Source of the DNA: a virus
Taxonomy: Duplodnaviria; Caudoviricetes
Strand: one strand, 5' to 3'
IMG/VR virus record: IMGVR_UViG_3300032257_000069
Span: 1 to 35,316 of that record
DNA length: 35,316 bases
This document shows, piece after piece, positions 16,251-26,159 of this stretch (position 1 is the first letter of the stretch; each line of letters starts with the position of its first letter). The position numbers were made by a program, and so were the translations under genes. The notes beneath the pieces were generated by a model. That model searched no databases. It was given only the letters and a program-made list of their open reading frames with translations, and was not told where the DNA came from.

Positions 16251-17728
16251 TGCACCCAGCGCCCCGCAAAGCGCTCTGGTGTCCGCAGGCAGGGCCACAG
16301 TCCGCGCTTCTATCCTGTCCATTCCCTGAAATCCTGTTCGGCGGCGCACGAGGCGGCGGCAAGACAGATGCCGCATTGGGCCGGGTGATCAAACGCCAGA
16401 AGCAGCTTGCCAGTCGCTACAACGGCGTACTGTTTCGCCAAGCGATGCCCCAGACCGATGATGTCATTGAGCGCAGCAAGGAACTGTTTGAACCGCTGGG
16501 GGCGAAGTTCAACGGCAACACCGCCACATGGCGCTTTCCAATGGGCGGGCGTTTGCGGTTCCGGCCACTCGCCACGACAAAGGATGCTGACAAATATCAG
16601 GGCCAGAACCTGACTGATGCCACGTTCGAGGAAGCAGGCAACTATGCAGACCCAGCGCCCATAGATCGCCTGTTTGGTGCGCTGCGCGGTGTGAACCCGC
16701 AGATGGTGATGACAGCCAATCCGGGCGGCGTGGGACAGCACTGGCTCAAGGAACGGTTCGTCGATCCGTGTCCACCAGGTATGAAGCCAATCAGTGTGGA
16801 ACTGCCGAACGGCGCGATCCACAAACGCATATTCATTCCATCCAAAGTGCAGGATAACAAAATCCTGCTGGAAACTGATCCAGAGTATGTGAACCGGCTC
16901 TATCTGGTTGGATCGCGTGAACTGGTGCGCGCATGGCTGGATGGAGACTGGAACGCCATTGAAGGCGCATTCTTCGACTGCTGGACACAGAAGATGGTTC
17001 TGGAACCTTTCGATGTGCCTGCAGACTGGTCGCGTTTCAGATCAGGCGACTGGGGGTCTGCATCGCCTGCATCATTTGGCTGGTGGTCTGTTGTGCCGGA
17101 TGAATACCAGTTACCAAACGGGGTCTGGCTCCCACGCGGCGCAATGGTCCGCTATCGTGAATGGTATCTGCGCGATCCATCCAAGACGAACACCGGCCTG
17201 AAGTTCACGGCTGAACAGGTCGCAGAAGGCATTCAGGCACGCGAGGAAGCCAGCGAAGATGCGAAGTACACCAGTCTGGACCCGTCTGCCTTCGCAGAAG
17301 ATGGCGGGCCATCCATCGCTGAACGGATGGAAAACACCTACAAGCGGCTGCGCCTGCAGCGCGCTGACAACAAACGGGTGGGCGGTGGCAAGGGCGCAAT
17401 GGGCGGCTGGGACCAGATGCGGTCACGCATGATTGGCACCGATGATGGCAGGCCGATGATCTATTGCTTCAATACCTGCAAGGACAGCATTCGCACGATC
17501 CCGGCGCTTCCCCACGACGACCGCAGACCAGAGGACGTGGATACATCGATGGAAGATCACGCTGCAGATGAATGGCGCTATGCCTGCATGTCGCGGCCAT
17601 TCACCGCGTCCGCCAGACGGGCCGCAGCAGGGGTTACAAGTCAAACTGATACCGTGACGCCCAAACAGAAAACATTTAGCCAGCTTGTGAAGGAAAACGC
17701 GAAGCGCGCGACCGACACAAGGATTTAA
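16250..17728 (+). CDS. terL: Terminase large subunit
   Basis: Walker A GGARGGGKT, Walker B-like TFEEA, TANPGG.G..W.K.RF, nuclease-domain DWG and EDHAADEWRY. Confidence 0.95.
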   Translation: MHPAPRKALWCPQAGPQSALLSCPFPEILFGGARGGGKTDAALGRVIKRQKQLASRYNGVLFRQAMPQTDDVIERSKELFEPLGAKFNGNTATWRFPMGGRLRFRPLATTKDADKYQGQNLTDATFEEAGNYADPAPIDRLFGALRGVNPQMVMTANPGGVGQHWLKERFVDPCPPGMKPISVELPNGAIHKRIFIPSKVQDNKILLETDPEYVNRLYLVGSRELVRAWLDGDWNAIEGAFFDCWTQKMVLEPFDVPADWSRFRSGDWGSASPASFGWWSVVPDEYQLPNGVWLPRGAMVRYREWYLRDPSKTNTGLKFTAEQVAEGIQAREEASEDAKYTSLDPSAFAEDGGPSIAERMENTYKRLRLQRADNKRVGGGKGAMGGWDQMRSRMIGTDDGRPMIYCFNTCKDSIRTIPALPHDDRRPEDVDTSMEDHAADEWRYACMSRPFTASARRAAAGVTSQTDTVTPKQKTFSQLVKENAKRATDTRI

Positions 17729-17729
17729 C

Positions 17730-19808
17730 ATGGCAACGGGCATCCAGTCTGACGGATTTGAAAACCAGACGGCGGCGATGCGCGATCCTGTGAAGTTCTT
17801 CCGGTCTGAACTGAAAGACAGCAAGGATCGATATAAAAAATGGCGGGATCGATGCCGCACCCTCGATCTGCTGTTCCGCGATGAAGCGCGATCCAATGAC
17901 ACTGGCGACACGTCCCAGACCGTCAACATTCTGTTTTCCAATACCGTCACCACCCTGTCAGCCGTTTACCAGCGCGTGCCGCGTCCAGATGTCCGCAGGC
18001 GCTATTCTGAAACCAAGCCCCTGACACCAGAAGCCCCTGAACAGAAGCAGGCGCGACTGGCGCGTGATCGTCTGTTCTCAACAGTTTCAATGGTGATTGA
18101 GCGCGGCCTGAACTGGCTGAATGAAGATTACGACTTCGATAGCGAGTTCAAGCCAGTCGTTCACGACGCGCAACTGTTTGGCCGGGGTGTGGGCCGTGTT
18201 CGATACGAGGCCGAAACAACCGGCGAAGGTGAAAGCACTGAACTGGCTGCGCAGTCGGTTCAGCATGAATGGGTGCATTTCGATGATGTCGAGATTGGAC
18301 CGGGCCGATCTTGGAAAGATGTGTCATGGATCGCGTTCAGGCACCGGCTGGAAGCCGACAAGGTGCGCGCCCTGATGCAAGGCGTGGAAAACGTCGATGC
18401 CGTCATGGCCAGCTTGAACTTCGAAGCCAATGCGCAGGACGATGGCGATGTGGACGCTGAAAAGATCGACACGGCGATCAAGCGCTGCGAATGCTGGGAA
18501 GTCTGGGACAAGTCCACCCGCACCGTGAAGTGGCTGGCTGCAGGCTGTGACCAGGTGATTGCCGAACTGGATGATCCGTTGGGCCTGAAAGACTTCTTTC
18601 CATGCGCCAAGCCGCTCTTTGCGACGAAATCGACAGGAACGCTGGTTCCTATCCCGCCCTATAAAATCTATCAGGATTTGGCCGACGAACTGAACCGGAT
18701 CACCACCCGCGTTTCACGGATCGTTGAGGCCATCAAGGTGCGCGGTCTGTATGATAGCGCGGTCGAAGAAATCCCAGACATTCTGACACTGGACGACAAC
18801 ACACTGTTGCCAGTCGATAACACCGAGCGCTTGAAGCAGGCAGGCGGTCTGGAAGGCGCGATCTGGATCATGCCGGTCGAAAAGCTGATCACAGTCGTCC
18901 GCGAACTGATGTCTGCACGCGAAGCCGTGCGCCAACTTATCTATGAAATCTCCGGTCTGTCCGACATCTTGCGCGGTGCATCTGATCCGAACGAAACCGC
19001 ACAGGCGCAGAAGATCAAGGCGCAGTTTGGCACGATGCGGTTTGACGAACAGAAACGCGAAGTCCAGCGCTATGCCCGCGACGTGATGCGGATCAAGGCA
19101 GAACTGCTGGCCGAACGATTTGAACCGGCGATCCTGTCCATGATTACCGGCGTTCCGGTTGATGAACAGATGATCGAAATCATGCGGTCTGATGTCATGC
19201 GATCGTTCCGCATCGATATTGAGACAGACAGCACCATTGCGGCTGATGAACAGGCTGAACAGGAAAGCGTGACAGCGCTGCTGACTGCCCTGATCCAGTC
19301 CATCACCCAGATCATGCCAATGGTGGCATCTGGTGACTTGCCCAAGGCGGCTGCAGCCGAACTGATCCGCATGGCCATCAAGCCATTCAGGGGTGCGCGC
19401 CAGATCGAAGCCCTGCTGGATGAACTGCCTGATGATGAAGATGGTGGCCAGCCACAGGCTGAACAGCCCCCAGACCCGGCGACAATGCGAGCGCAGGCGC
19501 AGATCGAAGCGATCAACACCAGGTCACAGGCTGATATGCAAAAAATGCAGGCCGAACTGCAGAAGATGCAGACAGAACACCAGATGGACATGGAGCGCAT
19601 TCAGGCGGCTGCAGAAGCGGATCGCGCTGAACATCAACTGCGCATGGCCGAAATAGCGGCAAAGATGCAGGCGGCAATGCAGAAGAATATCGCTGTGGCG
19701 GCTGACCCTTCCCTGTCTGCCCCCAGTGATGTCGGTGATGCCCCTAACCCCGGCTCGCCGCCTCTTGCCGGAAACGGGGGCGTCATTCGCCCGATGCGAG
19801 CGCTTTAA
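17730..19808 (+). CDS. Portal protein (podovirus type)
   Basis: 692 aa directly after terL. NIL.SN, DPL.L..FFPC, IYEISG.SDI.RG....ETA.AQ..K motifs and a Q/M-rich C-terminal barrel-like region. Confidence 0.88.
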   Translation: MATGIQSDGFENQTAAMRDPVKFFRSELKDSKDRYKKWRDRCRTLDLLFRDEARSNDTGDTSQTVNILFSNTVTTLSAVYQRVPRPDVRRRYSETKPLTPEAPEQKQARLARDRLFSTVSMVIERGLNWLNEDYDFDSEFKPVVHDAQLFGRGVGRVRYEAETTGEGESTELAAQSVQHEWVHFDDVEIGPGRSWKDVSWIAFRHRLEADKVRALMQGVENVDAVMASLNFEANAQDDGDVDAEKIDTAIKRCECWEVWDKSTRTVKWLAAGCDQVIAELDDPLGLKDFFPCAKPLFATKSTGTLVPIPPYKIYQDLADELNRITTRVSRIVEAIKVRGLYDSAVEEIPDILTLDDNTLLPVDNTERLKQAGGLEGAIWIMPVEKLITVVRELMSAREAVRQLIYEISGLSDILRGASDPNETAQAQKIKAQFGTMRFDEQKREVQRYARDVMRIKAELLAERFEPAILSMITGVPVDEQMIEIMRSDVMRSFRIDIETDSTIAADEQAEQESVTALLTALIQSITQIMPMVASGDLPKAAAAELIRMAIKPFRGARQIEALLDELPDDEDGGQPQAEQPPDPATMRAQAQIEAINTRSQADMQKMQAELQKMQTEHQMDMERIQAAAEADRAEHQLRMAEIAAKMQAAMQKNIAVAADPSLSAPSDVGDAPNPGSPPLAGNGGVIRPMRAL

Positions 19809-20035
19809 TGGGCCAGCGCACAACATACGTTTTCCGCGATGGCAAGATCGTCGATAAGGCGCAGGCCGCGCCACGCTCCCGCGTTGCGCCTGCCTTCCCC
19901 TGTCCCGCGATCCAGTCCGACATTCAACCATATCAATCGCCAGTATCCGGCGAAGTTATCGGATCTCGTTCCTCGCGCCGCGATGATCTGAAACGCCACA
20001 ACTGCATCGATGCGCGCGAACTAGGGAAAAACTGA
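19808..20035 (+). CDS. Small head-module protein
   Basis: DI.PY.SP..G.VI.SR..RR.DLKR.NC pattern; lies between portal and scaffold. Confidence 0.65.
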   Translation: MGQRTTYVFRDGKIVDKAQAAPRSRVAPAFPCPAIQSDIQPYQSPVSGEVIGSRSSRRDDLKRHNCIDARELGKN

Positions 20036-20036
20036 C

Positions 20037-21161
20037 ATGAACGATTTCACAGACACGAACAGCGAAGCCCCGGCAACAGACGATGTTGCCCCTGTGGCTG
20101 ATGCTGATGGGCCTGCAGCAGAAACATCGATGGAAGATGATCTTAGCGCTGCCTATGACAAACTAGCCGCTGGTGAGGACATCAGCGACGATGCCGATGG
20201 CGAAGGTGCCAGCACTCCCCCAGAAGGGGAACAAGCGACCGACGCCATCAAACCCGACGACAGTACAGAAGTTGACAGCACTCAACCGGCGAAAACGCCG
20301 GATGAACAAGCGGACGTGTCTGCATACTGGTCGGATGAAACGCGGGCGAAGTTCGCCGGTCTGGATGAAAAGGCGCAGACGTTCGTGAAGGACGTGATCG
20401 CTGACCAGAACGCCGACTATACCCGCAAGGCTCAAGAACTGGCCGGTTTCCGACAGGAGGCAACGCAGGTTCACGAAGCCATTGCACCGTTCACGCAAAA
20501 CATTCAGGCATCTGGGGCAACGCCGGTTCAAGCGATCCGCGCGCTGTTTCAGACTGAACATGTGATGCGTCACGGAACACCGGAAGAAAAGGCGCAACAA
20601 CTGCAGGCTCTGGCCGATCAGTATGGCGTCCAACTTCCTTCATCCAACCAAGACGATCTGGACATCGATGATTTCGATGCTCCGACCGTCGCACCGCTCA
20701 AACGCGAACTTGATGAAATGCGATCCAAGCTGGCGCAATCGAACCAGCAACTGCAGCAGTTTCAGAACCAGTTCCAACAGCAGCAGTCACGCCAGTTTGG
20801 CGAGGCACAGACGAAGGCGCAGGCTTTCATCGATGCCAAGGCAGACGATGGCACACTGAAACACCCGCACGTCGAAAAGGTCGCGCCTCAAATGCGCGCC
20901 CTTCTGATGTCTGGCGATCTTTCTTTAGAGCAAGCCTACAACACCGCAGTTCAGGCGAACCCAGAACTGGCGGCACAGGTGAGCAGGGAAGCGCAGGCGC
21001 GGGAACAGGCAAAGAAAGCCGCAGCCGCGAAGCGCGCTGTTGGTGATCGACGCTCACAGGTGCGCCAGTCTCGTGATGAAAGCACAGGGCGATACATCGC
21101 CCCGGACAACGTGGAACAGGCCGCTGCAGACGCCTACGATCAACTGGCATCGAATGGATAG
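20037..21161 (+). CDS. Capsid scaffolding protein
   Basis: Acidic disordered N-terminus, ADYTRK.QELA motif and coiled coils; directly upstream of the capsid gene. Confidence 0.85.
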   Translation: MNDFTDTNSEAPATDDVAPVADADGPAAETSMEDDLSAAYDKLAAGEDISDDADGEGASTPPEGEQATDAIKPDDSTEVDSTQPAKTPDEQADVSAYWSDETRAKFAGLDEKAQTFVKDVIADQNADYTRKAQELAGFRQEATQVHEAIAPFTQNIQASGATPVQAIRALFQTEHVMRHGTPEEKAQQLQALADQYGVQLPSSNQDDLDIDDFDAPTVAPLKRELDEMRSKLAQSNQQLQQFQNQFQQQQSRQFGEAQTKAQAFIDAKADDGTLKHPHVEKVAPQMRALLMSGDLSLEQAYNTAVQANPELAAQVSREAQAREQAKKAAAAKRAVGDRRSQVRQSRDESTGRYIAPDNVEQAAADAYDQLASNG

Positions 21162-21198
21162 CGTTTGAATGGTGTCAGCCAGACACAGGAGATAGAAA

Positions 21199-22149
21199 AT
21201 GGCTGAACCAAACATTGGCGAACTGATCACCTACACTTTGCGCAATCGCAAAGGGAAGGTTGCAGACAACGTGTCGAACTCGAACGCGCTGCTGTATCAT
21301 CTTCGCAAGAAAGGCAACATGAAGTCAGTACCTGGTGGGCGCGTTTTGACTTGCCCGCTCGAATACGGCGAAGGCGACTATCAGCGCTATTCTGGCTTTG
21401 ACACTCTGTCCATTGAGGCCGCACAGGTCCACGATGCGGCGGAATACACGCCAGTACAGTCTGCTGTCCCGATTGCCATTTCAGGCCGGGATCGCCGCAT
21501 GAACCGAGGCAAGGCACAGGTGATCAATCTGGTTTCTGCCAAGGTGAAAAACGCTGAACGCACGATGGCGAACAATGTTTCATCTGACATCTATTCAGAT
21601 GGATCAGCATCCAACCAGATTGGTGGGCTGCAAGCCATTGTGGCTGACGATCCGACAACCGGCACAGTGGGCGGTATCAATGCCGCCACCTATGACTGGT
21701 GGCGCAACAACATGGTTGACGTGTCATCCGAGGTTGGAACCGTCAACGCTGCGAACGTGAAGCTGGGCATGAATAAGCTGTGGCTCGAATGTATCCGAGG
21801 CCGCGACAAGCCTGATCTGATCGTCGCAGATGCCAACTATTACGACTACTATGAGCAGACGCTTCAAGCGCTGCAGCGTTACGCTGACAGCGACAAAGCG
21901 GCGGTGGGTTTCACATCGCTGAAATACAAGTCTGCTGATGTCGTTTATGATGGCGATAGCGGGATGCCTGCAGATGGCATGTACTTCCTGAACACCGAAT
22001 ATTTGAAGCTGGAAGCCTATGCAGGTGCCAACTTTGAAGCCACGGCTGAAAAGCTATCGGTCAATCAGGATGCAGATGTTCGCCATCTGTTGTTCATGGG
22101 CAACCTGACCTGTTCCAATCGGTCACTTCAAGGACGCCTTAAATCATAG
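21199..22149 (+). CDS. Major capsid protein
   Basis: 316 aa. ADNV..SNALL..L, YSG.D.L, YSDG, GTVGGI..AT..WWRN, MYFLN..YL, GNLT.SN...QG. AGGAG RBS. Confidence 0.9.
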   Translation: MAEPNIGELITYTLRNRKGKVADNVSNSNALLYHLRKKGNMKSVPGGRVLTCPLEYGEGDYQRYSGFDTLSIEAAQVHDAAEYTPVQSAVPIAISGRDRRMNRGKAQVINLVSAKVKNAERTMANNVSSDIYSDGSASNQIGGLQAIVADDPTTGTVGGINAATYDWWRNNMVDVSSEVGTVNAANVKLGMNKLWLECIRGRDKPDLIVADANYYDYYEQTLQALQRYADSDKAAVGFTSLKYKSADVVYDGDSGMPADGMYFLNTEYLKLEAYAGANFEATAEKLSVNQDADVRHLLFMGNLTCSNRSLQGRLKS

Positions 22150-22164
22150 GCGTCTGACATAAGC

Positions 22165-22191
22165 GCGGGGAAGCCGGAACAGCTTCCCCGC
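22165..22191 (+). other. Perfect 10-bp stem-loop after the capsid gene (mRNA stabiliser or attenuator)
   Basis: GCGGGGAAGC-N7-GCTTCCCCGC with no U-tract. Confidence 0.6.
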
Positions 22192-22222
22192 ATCTGAAAC
22201 TTGGAACATGATGGAGGTATCA

Positions 22223-22708
22223 ATGACTGTTCCTAACATGGTTGCCCCGATTGGGGCGAATGCGAACCTGACCCACACGGAAGCACAGTTCTCCGTTGGT
22301 GATCGTGCGCAAGGAAAAGACGGATCGATCTGGATTTATGTTCAGGCGAACGGCGCGATTGCTGCCGGTGATGTCGTCCTGCTGGACGAGGACTGGCAGG
22401 CCGATGGCATCGATCTGACGAACTCGGCATCTGCATTTGGCCAATCTTGCGGGGTCGCTGCTGCGGCGTTCGCAGATAATGAATACGGCTTTGTGCAGGT
22501 TTATGGCGTCTGTGACGCGATCACTTGCGGATCGTCCTGCGCAGCCAATGCGACGGTGAACAGCACCGCCACGGCTGGCCAGCCTGATGATGATGCAACG
22601 GCTGGATCAGAGGACATCGATGGTCTGATCCTGACGACTGCAGAAACGTCCGGTAACACGGCACCAGGTCTGCTGAACTATCCCACGGTGGGCGCTACGA
22701 ACTCGTAG
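22223..22708 (+). CDS. Capsid decoration/cement protein
   Basis: GGAGG RBS before ATG 22223. A/G/T-rich, with G.DG..W.YV.A and YGFVQ.YG motifs; follows the capsid gene. Confidence 0.7.
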   Translation: MTVPNMVAPIGANANLTHTEAQFSVGDRAQGKDGSIWIYVQANGAIAAGDVVLLDEDWQADGIDLTNSASAFGQSCGVAAAAFADNEYGFVQVYGVCDAITCGSSCAANATVNSTATAGQPDDDATAGSEDIDGLILTTAETSGNTAPGLLNYPTVGATNS

Positions 22709-22724
22709 CATTCCACAATGGCTG

Positions 22725-22766
22725 AACTGGGGGGCGCTCCCGTCCCGCGCTCCCCGGTTTTCATTC
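22725..22766 (+). terminator. Intrinsic terminator after head genes
   Basis: AACTGGGGGGCGC-loop-GCGCTCCCCGGTT followed by TTTCATT. Confidence 0.7.
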
Positions 22767-22794
22767 TGGACGGAACACACACGCGAGGCACACA

Positions 22795-23424
22795 ATGGCG
22801 CGATCTGACGACTACAAGAACAACAAGGTGAAGTTTTTCATCAAACTGGTGAAAAACGAAGTGGCATCACGCGATGCCGATCAGCCGGTGTTCAATGAAG
22901 TGGAATACATTCACATTCTGAAACCCGGTGATAAAAACCTCGAAATCATCCGTGCGGTGAAAGACGAGGACCGCGAAATCTATGAGCCGATCTATAACCG
23001 CTTCCTTGCCAAGATGAAGGCAGGCGAACCGCTGGACGGCACACCGCTTGATGTGTTCCCGGCTGCTGAAAGCCACGATGTCGAAGTGCTGCGCAATGTC
23101 GATATTCACACGGTCGAACAGCTTGCTGAACTGTCAGACAAGAAGTCAGCCACGGCTGGCCCTGCGATTGAACGCCTGCGGGAAAAGGCGATCATCTATC
23201 TGCAGAATGCTGCAGGTGGGAACAGCGCAGAAACCATCACCGCCCTGAAATCCGAAAATGAACAGCTTCGCGCTGAACTGGACGAGTTCAAAACCGCTGC
23301 CGCTGCAGAAATCGCGGCACTCAAAGGCGAGATTGAAGCGATGCAGAACGCCGCTGCAGGGAAAAAACCGGGTTCAGCCGCATCCAAGACTGGACGACAG
23401 ACCAAAGGCAGAAAAGCCGCATAA
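22795..23424 (+). CDS. Phage protein with HhH-like motif and C-terminal coiled coil
   Basis: GTPL....L....IHTVEQLAELSD motif, coiled coil and basic tail. Confidence 0.7.
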   Translation: MARSDDYKNNKVKFFIKLVKNEVASRDADQPVFNEVEYIHILKPGDKNLEIIRAVKDEDREIYEPIYNRFLAKMKAGEPLDGTPLDVFPAAESHDVEVLRNVDIHTVEQLAELSDKKSATAGPAIERLREKAIIYLQNAAGGNSAETITALKSENEQLRAELDEFKTAAAAEIAALKGEIEAMQNAAAGKKPGSAASKTGRQTKGRKAA

Positions 23425-23461
23425 GGCGCACGCTTTTTGCCAATAACGGAGTGAACGCGCT

Positions 23462-24163
23462 ATGAGCCTGCTAACCATCATCCAGACCGCAGCTTCTGAT
23501 CTGACGCTGCCGCAGCCTTCATCTGTGATCAACAACAACGATCCGAACGTGAAGCAACTGCTGGCGTTCAGTCGCCGCTGCGCGCTGGACATTGTGGGAG
23601 ACTATGACTGGCAGGCTCTGACCAAAGAGGCGACATTCACGACTATCGCAGCCGAAACACAGGACGCGCTCACTGACATCGCGTCTGACTATGACCGCAT
23701 GGTGAACCAGACCGCCTATAACCGCACCCGCAAATGGCCGGTGTTCGGTGGGCGATCCAGTCGCAGCCGTGCAGCCGAAAAAGGTCTAAGCGTTTCGAGC
23801 CTGCGCGATACGATGGCGATCAGGGGCGGGAACATTGTCATGATCCCCGCCCCTACCGCTGGCGACACAATCGCGTTTGATTACATTTCGAACCAATGGT
23901 GTCAGTCAGAAGCAGGCACAGATCAGTCAGACTGGGCGGCTGACAGCGACGTTTTCAAACTGGATGATGAAGTTCTGGCGCTGGGCATCATCTGCCGCTT
24001 CCTGCGGCGCAAAGGCTTCGCATACGTCGAAGAACTGCGCGATTATGAAACCCGGCTGCAGCGCGCCAAGAACCGTGATCGTGCGCGTCCGCCTGTGGAC
24101 ATGTCCGGTCCATCGATGCCGCGTCATCACCGCGTCCCAGAAGGCGATTGGAACCTATCGTGA
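23462..24163 (+). CDS. Head-tail adaptor (tail tubular protein A-like)
   Basis: MSLL.II......L..P, YDW..L, FDYIS..W, LG...RF...KGF.Y motifs; synteny. Confidence 0.75.
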   Translation: MSLLTIIQTAASDLTLPQPSSVINNNDPNVKQLLAFSRRCALDIVGDYDWQALTKEATFTTIAAETQDALTDIASDYDRMVNQTAYNRTRKWPVFGGRSSRSRAAEKGLSVSSLRDTMAIRGGNIVMIPAPTAGDTIAFDYISNQWCQSEAGTDQSDWAADSDVFKLDDEVLALGIICRFLRRKGFAYVEELRDYETRLQRAKNRDRARPPVDMSGPSMPRHHRVPEGDWNLS

Positions 24164-25680
24164 GGCAAGCACTGGCATCACCAGGTCAACGCGGAATGAA
24201 CAAATCCGCCACGCACCAAATCCCGGCGCCAGTGGGCGGCTGGAATGCGCGCGATGCACTGGATCGCATGTCGCCTGAATATGCGCTGGCTCTGGACAAC
24301 CTGTTTCCGCGTGAAAACGATGTCGTCACCCGCGACGGGTACACATCGCATTGCGACACTGGCGAGAGCGCACAGACCATCGAAAGCATTCACGCGCTGG
24401 AAGTCACGACCACCTGCAAGATGCTGGCAACGGCCAATGGCAAGCTGCTCGATGTGACAACCAGCAGCGTTTCAACAGTCGGCACTGGCTTTTCAGAAAA
24501 CCTTTGGAACAGCGTTGTGTTCTCCGGTCGCATCTTCCTGATGAACGGCACAGATGCCCCGCAAGACTGGGATGGCACGACGCTGACAGCAACGGCATGG
24601 ACTGGATCAGGCTTGACCATTGCCAACCTGCTGAAACCGACCGCGTTCAAGAACCGCATCTATGCGGTCGAAAAGGACAGTCTGAACCTGTGGTATGGCG
24701 GTGTGGATGCCGTGACAGGGGCCATGACGAAGTTCGATCTGGCGGCTGTTGGCCGGTTCGGCGGCGTGCTGCTGGGTAGCGCTACAATCTCGCGCGATGG
24801 CGGCAACGGTCCAGACGATCTGTTCTGCATATTCATTTCGACCGGCGAAGTTCTGGTCTATTCCGGCACTGATCCGTCATCATGGTCTATCGTCAACAGA
24901 TACCGGATGGCACCGCCCCTGAACCCGCAATCCATTCTCGAATATCAAGGCGATGTGATCTGCATCACCCGCGAAGGCTACCTGTCACTGGCACAGCTCA
25001 TGGCAGGGGCCGGCACTCAACCCGCCATCAGTGATATGATCAGGGGAGAGGCCAACCGCGCCGCCCGCGTTTACGCCGCGAACGATGGCTGGAACATGTG
25101 CTTCTATCCATCAAAGCAGATGCTGCTTTTCAACGTGCCGCGCTCCACAGGATCATTTGATCAGCATGTGATGAACACCCGAACTGGCGCATGGTGCCGG
25201 TTCCGCAAACTGCCTGCAGCGTGCTGGGTCGTCTGCAACAATGAAATATTTTTCGGATCGACAGACGGCGTTGTTTACAAGTTTGACGATGGCGAGAACG
25301 ACAATGGCGCTGAAATCATCGTCGATGGCCAGCTTGCATGGAACTTCCTGAACAATGGCGGATCGCAGAAGTATTTTGGGCTGGTGCGCCCGATTTTCAC
25401 GGCACAGAACGCGCCACCCGTTGCCATTGGCATCGCCTGTGATTTTGATCCAAAGATTTTGGTTTCCGCGTTCAACTTCGATCCAGATGATCCGGTGGGT
25501 GTCTGGGATGAAGCGATCTGGGATCAGGCGGTTTGGGGCGCGGCTGATGGCGTCCATTCTGACTGGCTGGTGATTGGCGCGGTGGGCTATAACATGTCTT
25601 TGCGCATCCGGTTTGGCACGAAGGAACGCACGCGCTGGCAGTCGTCCATGATCCGGTATGAAAGCGGGAGCGGTTTGTGA
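24160..25680 (+). CDS. Tail nozzle / DNA stabilisation protein (beta-propeller; tubular protein B-like)
   Basis: PAPVGGWNARD, LDN.FP, GEV.VY.GTDP, MNT.TGAWC.F, WD...WD..W motifs. GTGA coupling at 24160; start uncertain. Confidence 0.8.
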   Translation: MRQALASPGQRGMNKSATHQIPAPVGGWNARDALDRMSPEYALALDNLFPRENDVVTRDGYTSHCDTGESAQTIESIHALEVTTTCKMLATANGKLLDVTTSSVSTVGTGFSENLWNSVVFSGRIFLMNGTDAPQDWDGTTLTATAWTGSGLTIANLLKPTAFKNRIYAVEKDSLNLWYGGVDAVTGAMTKFDLAAVGRFGGVLLGSATISRDGGNGPDDLFCIFISTGEVLVYSGTDPSSWSIVNRYRMAPPLNPQSILEYQGDVICITREGYLSLAQLMAGAGTQPAISDMIRGEANRAARVYAANDGWNMCFYPSKQMLLFNVPRSTGSFDQHVMNTRTGAWCRFRKLPAACWVVCNNEIFFGSTDGVVYKFDDGENDNGAEIIVDGQLAWNFLNNGGSQKYFGLVRPIFTAQNAPPVAIGIACDFDPKILVSAFNFDPDDPVGVWDEAIWDQAVWGAADGVHSDWLVIGAVGYNMSLRIRFGTKERTRWQSSMIRYESGSGL

Positions 25681-26159
25681 TGCTGATGCTGAACGCTGAC
25701 AATGTAGGGCAACAATATCTGGCGGAAGCATTTGGCCCTGACAATCCCCTGAATGGCGATGAACCTGTGATCCTGTCTGTAGGCCGCGACGGGTCAATCA
25801 TGGGCGCGTGCGCCTATCAGAACTATCGCGGCACCAGCATCGAAATGTCGGTGGCTGGCTTTGGTCCGTGGCTGTCACCCGGCAACATCGCGGGCTTCCT
25901 GTCCTATCCATTCAACCAGTTGGGAGTGAACCGCATCACTGTGTTCACCCGGCGCACAAACACGCGCTGCATCAAGCTGGTGGAAGGGCTTGGGTTTCAG
26001 CATGAAGGCACCCTACGCGGATCGACGCCAGACGGCGCTGATCTTCTCATGTTTGGGCTATTGCGCGACGAGGCGGCGCGTTGGCTCAAACTTTCACTGC
26101 GAACGAAATGGATGAAAAACGATGGGCAAGAAATCCCCAAGTGCGCCCCCGCCCCCTGA
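25677..26159 (+). CDS. GNAT-fold acetyltransferase-like virion-module protein
   Basis: YPF.QLGV.RIT......N....KL.E.LGF..EG.LR pattern; between nozzle and ejection genes. Confidence 0.85.
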   Translation: MMLMLNADNVGQQYLAEAFGPDNPLNGDEPVILSVGRDGSIMGACAYQNYRGTSIEMSVAGFGPWLSPGNIAGFLSYPFNQLGVNRITVFTRRTNTRCIKLVEGLGFQHEGTLRGSTPDGADLLMFGLLRDEAARWLKLSLRTKWMKNDGQEIPKCAPAP

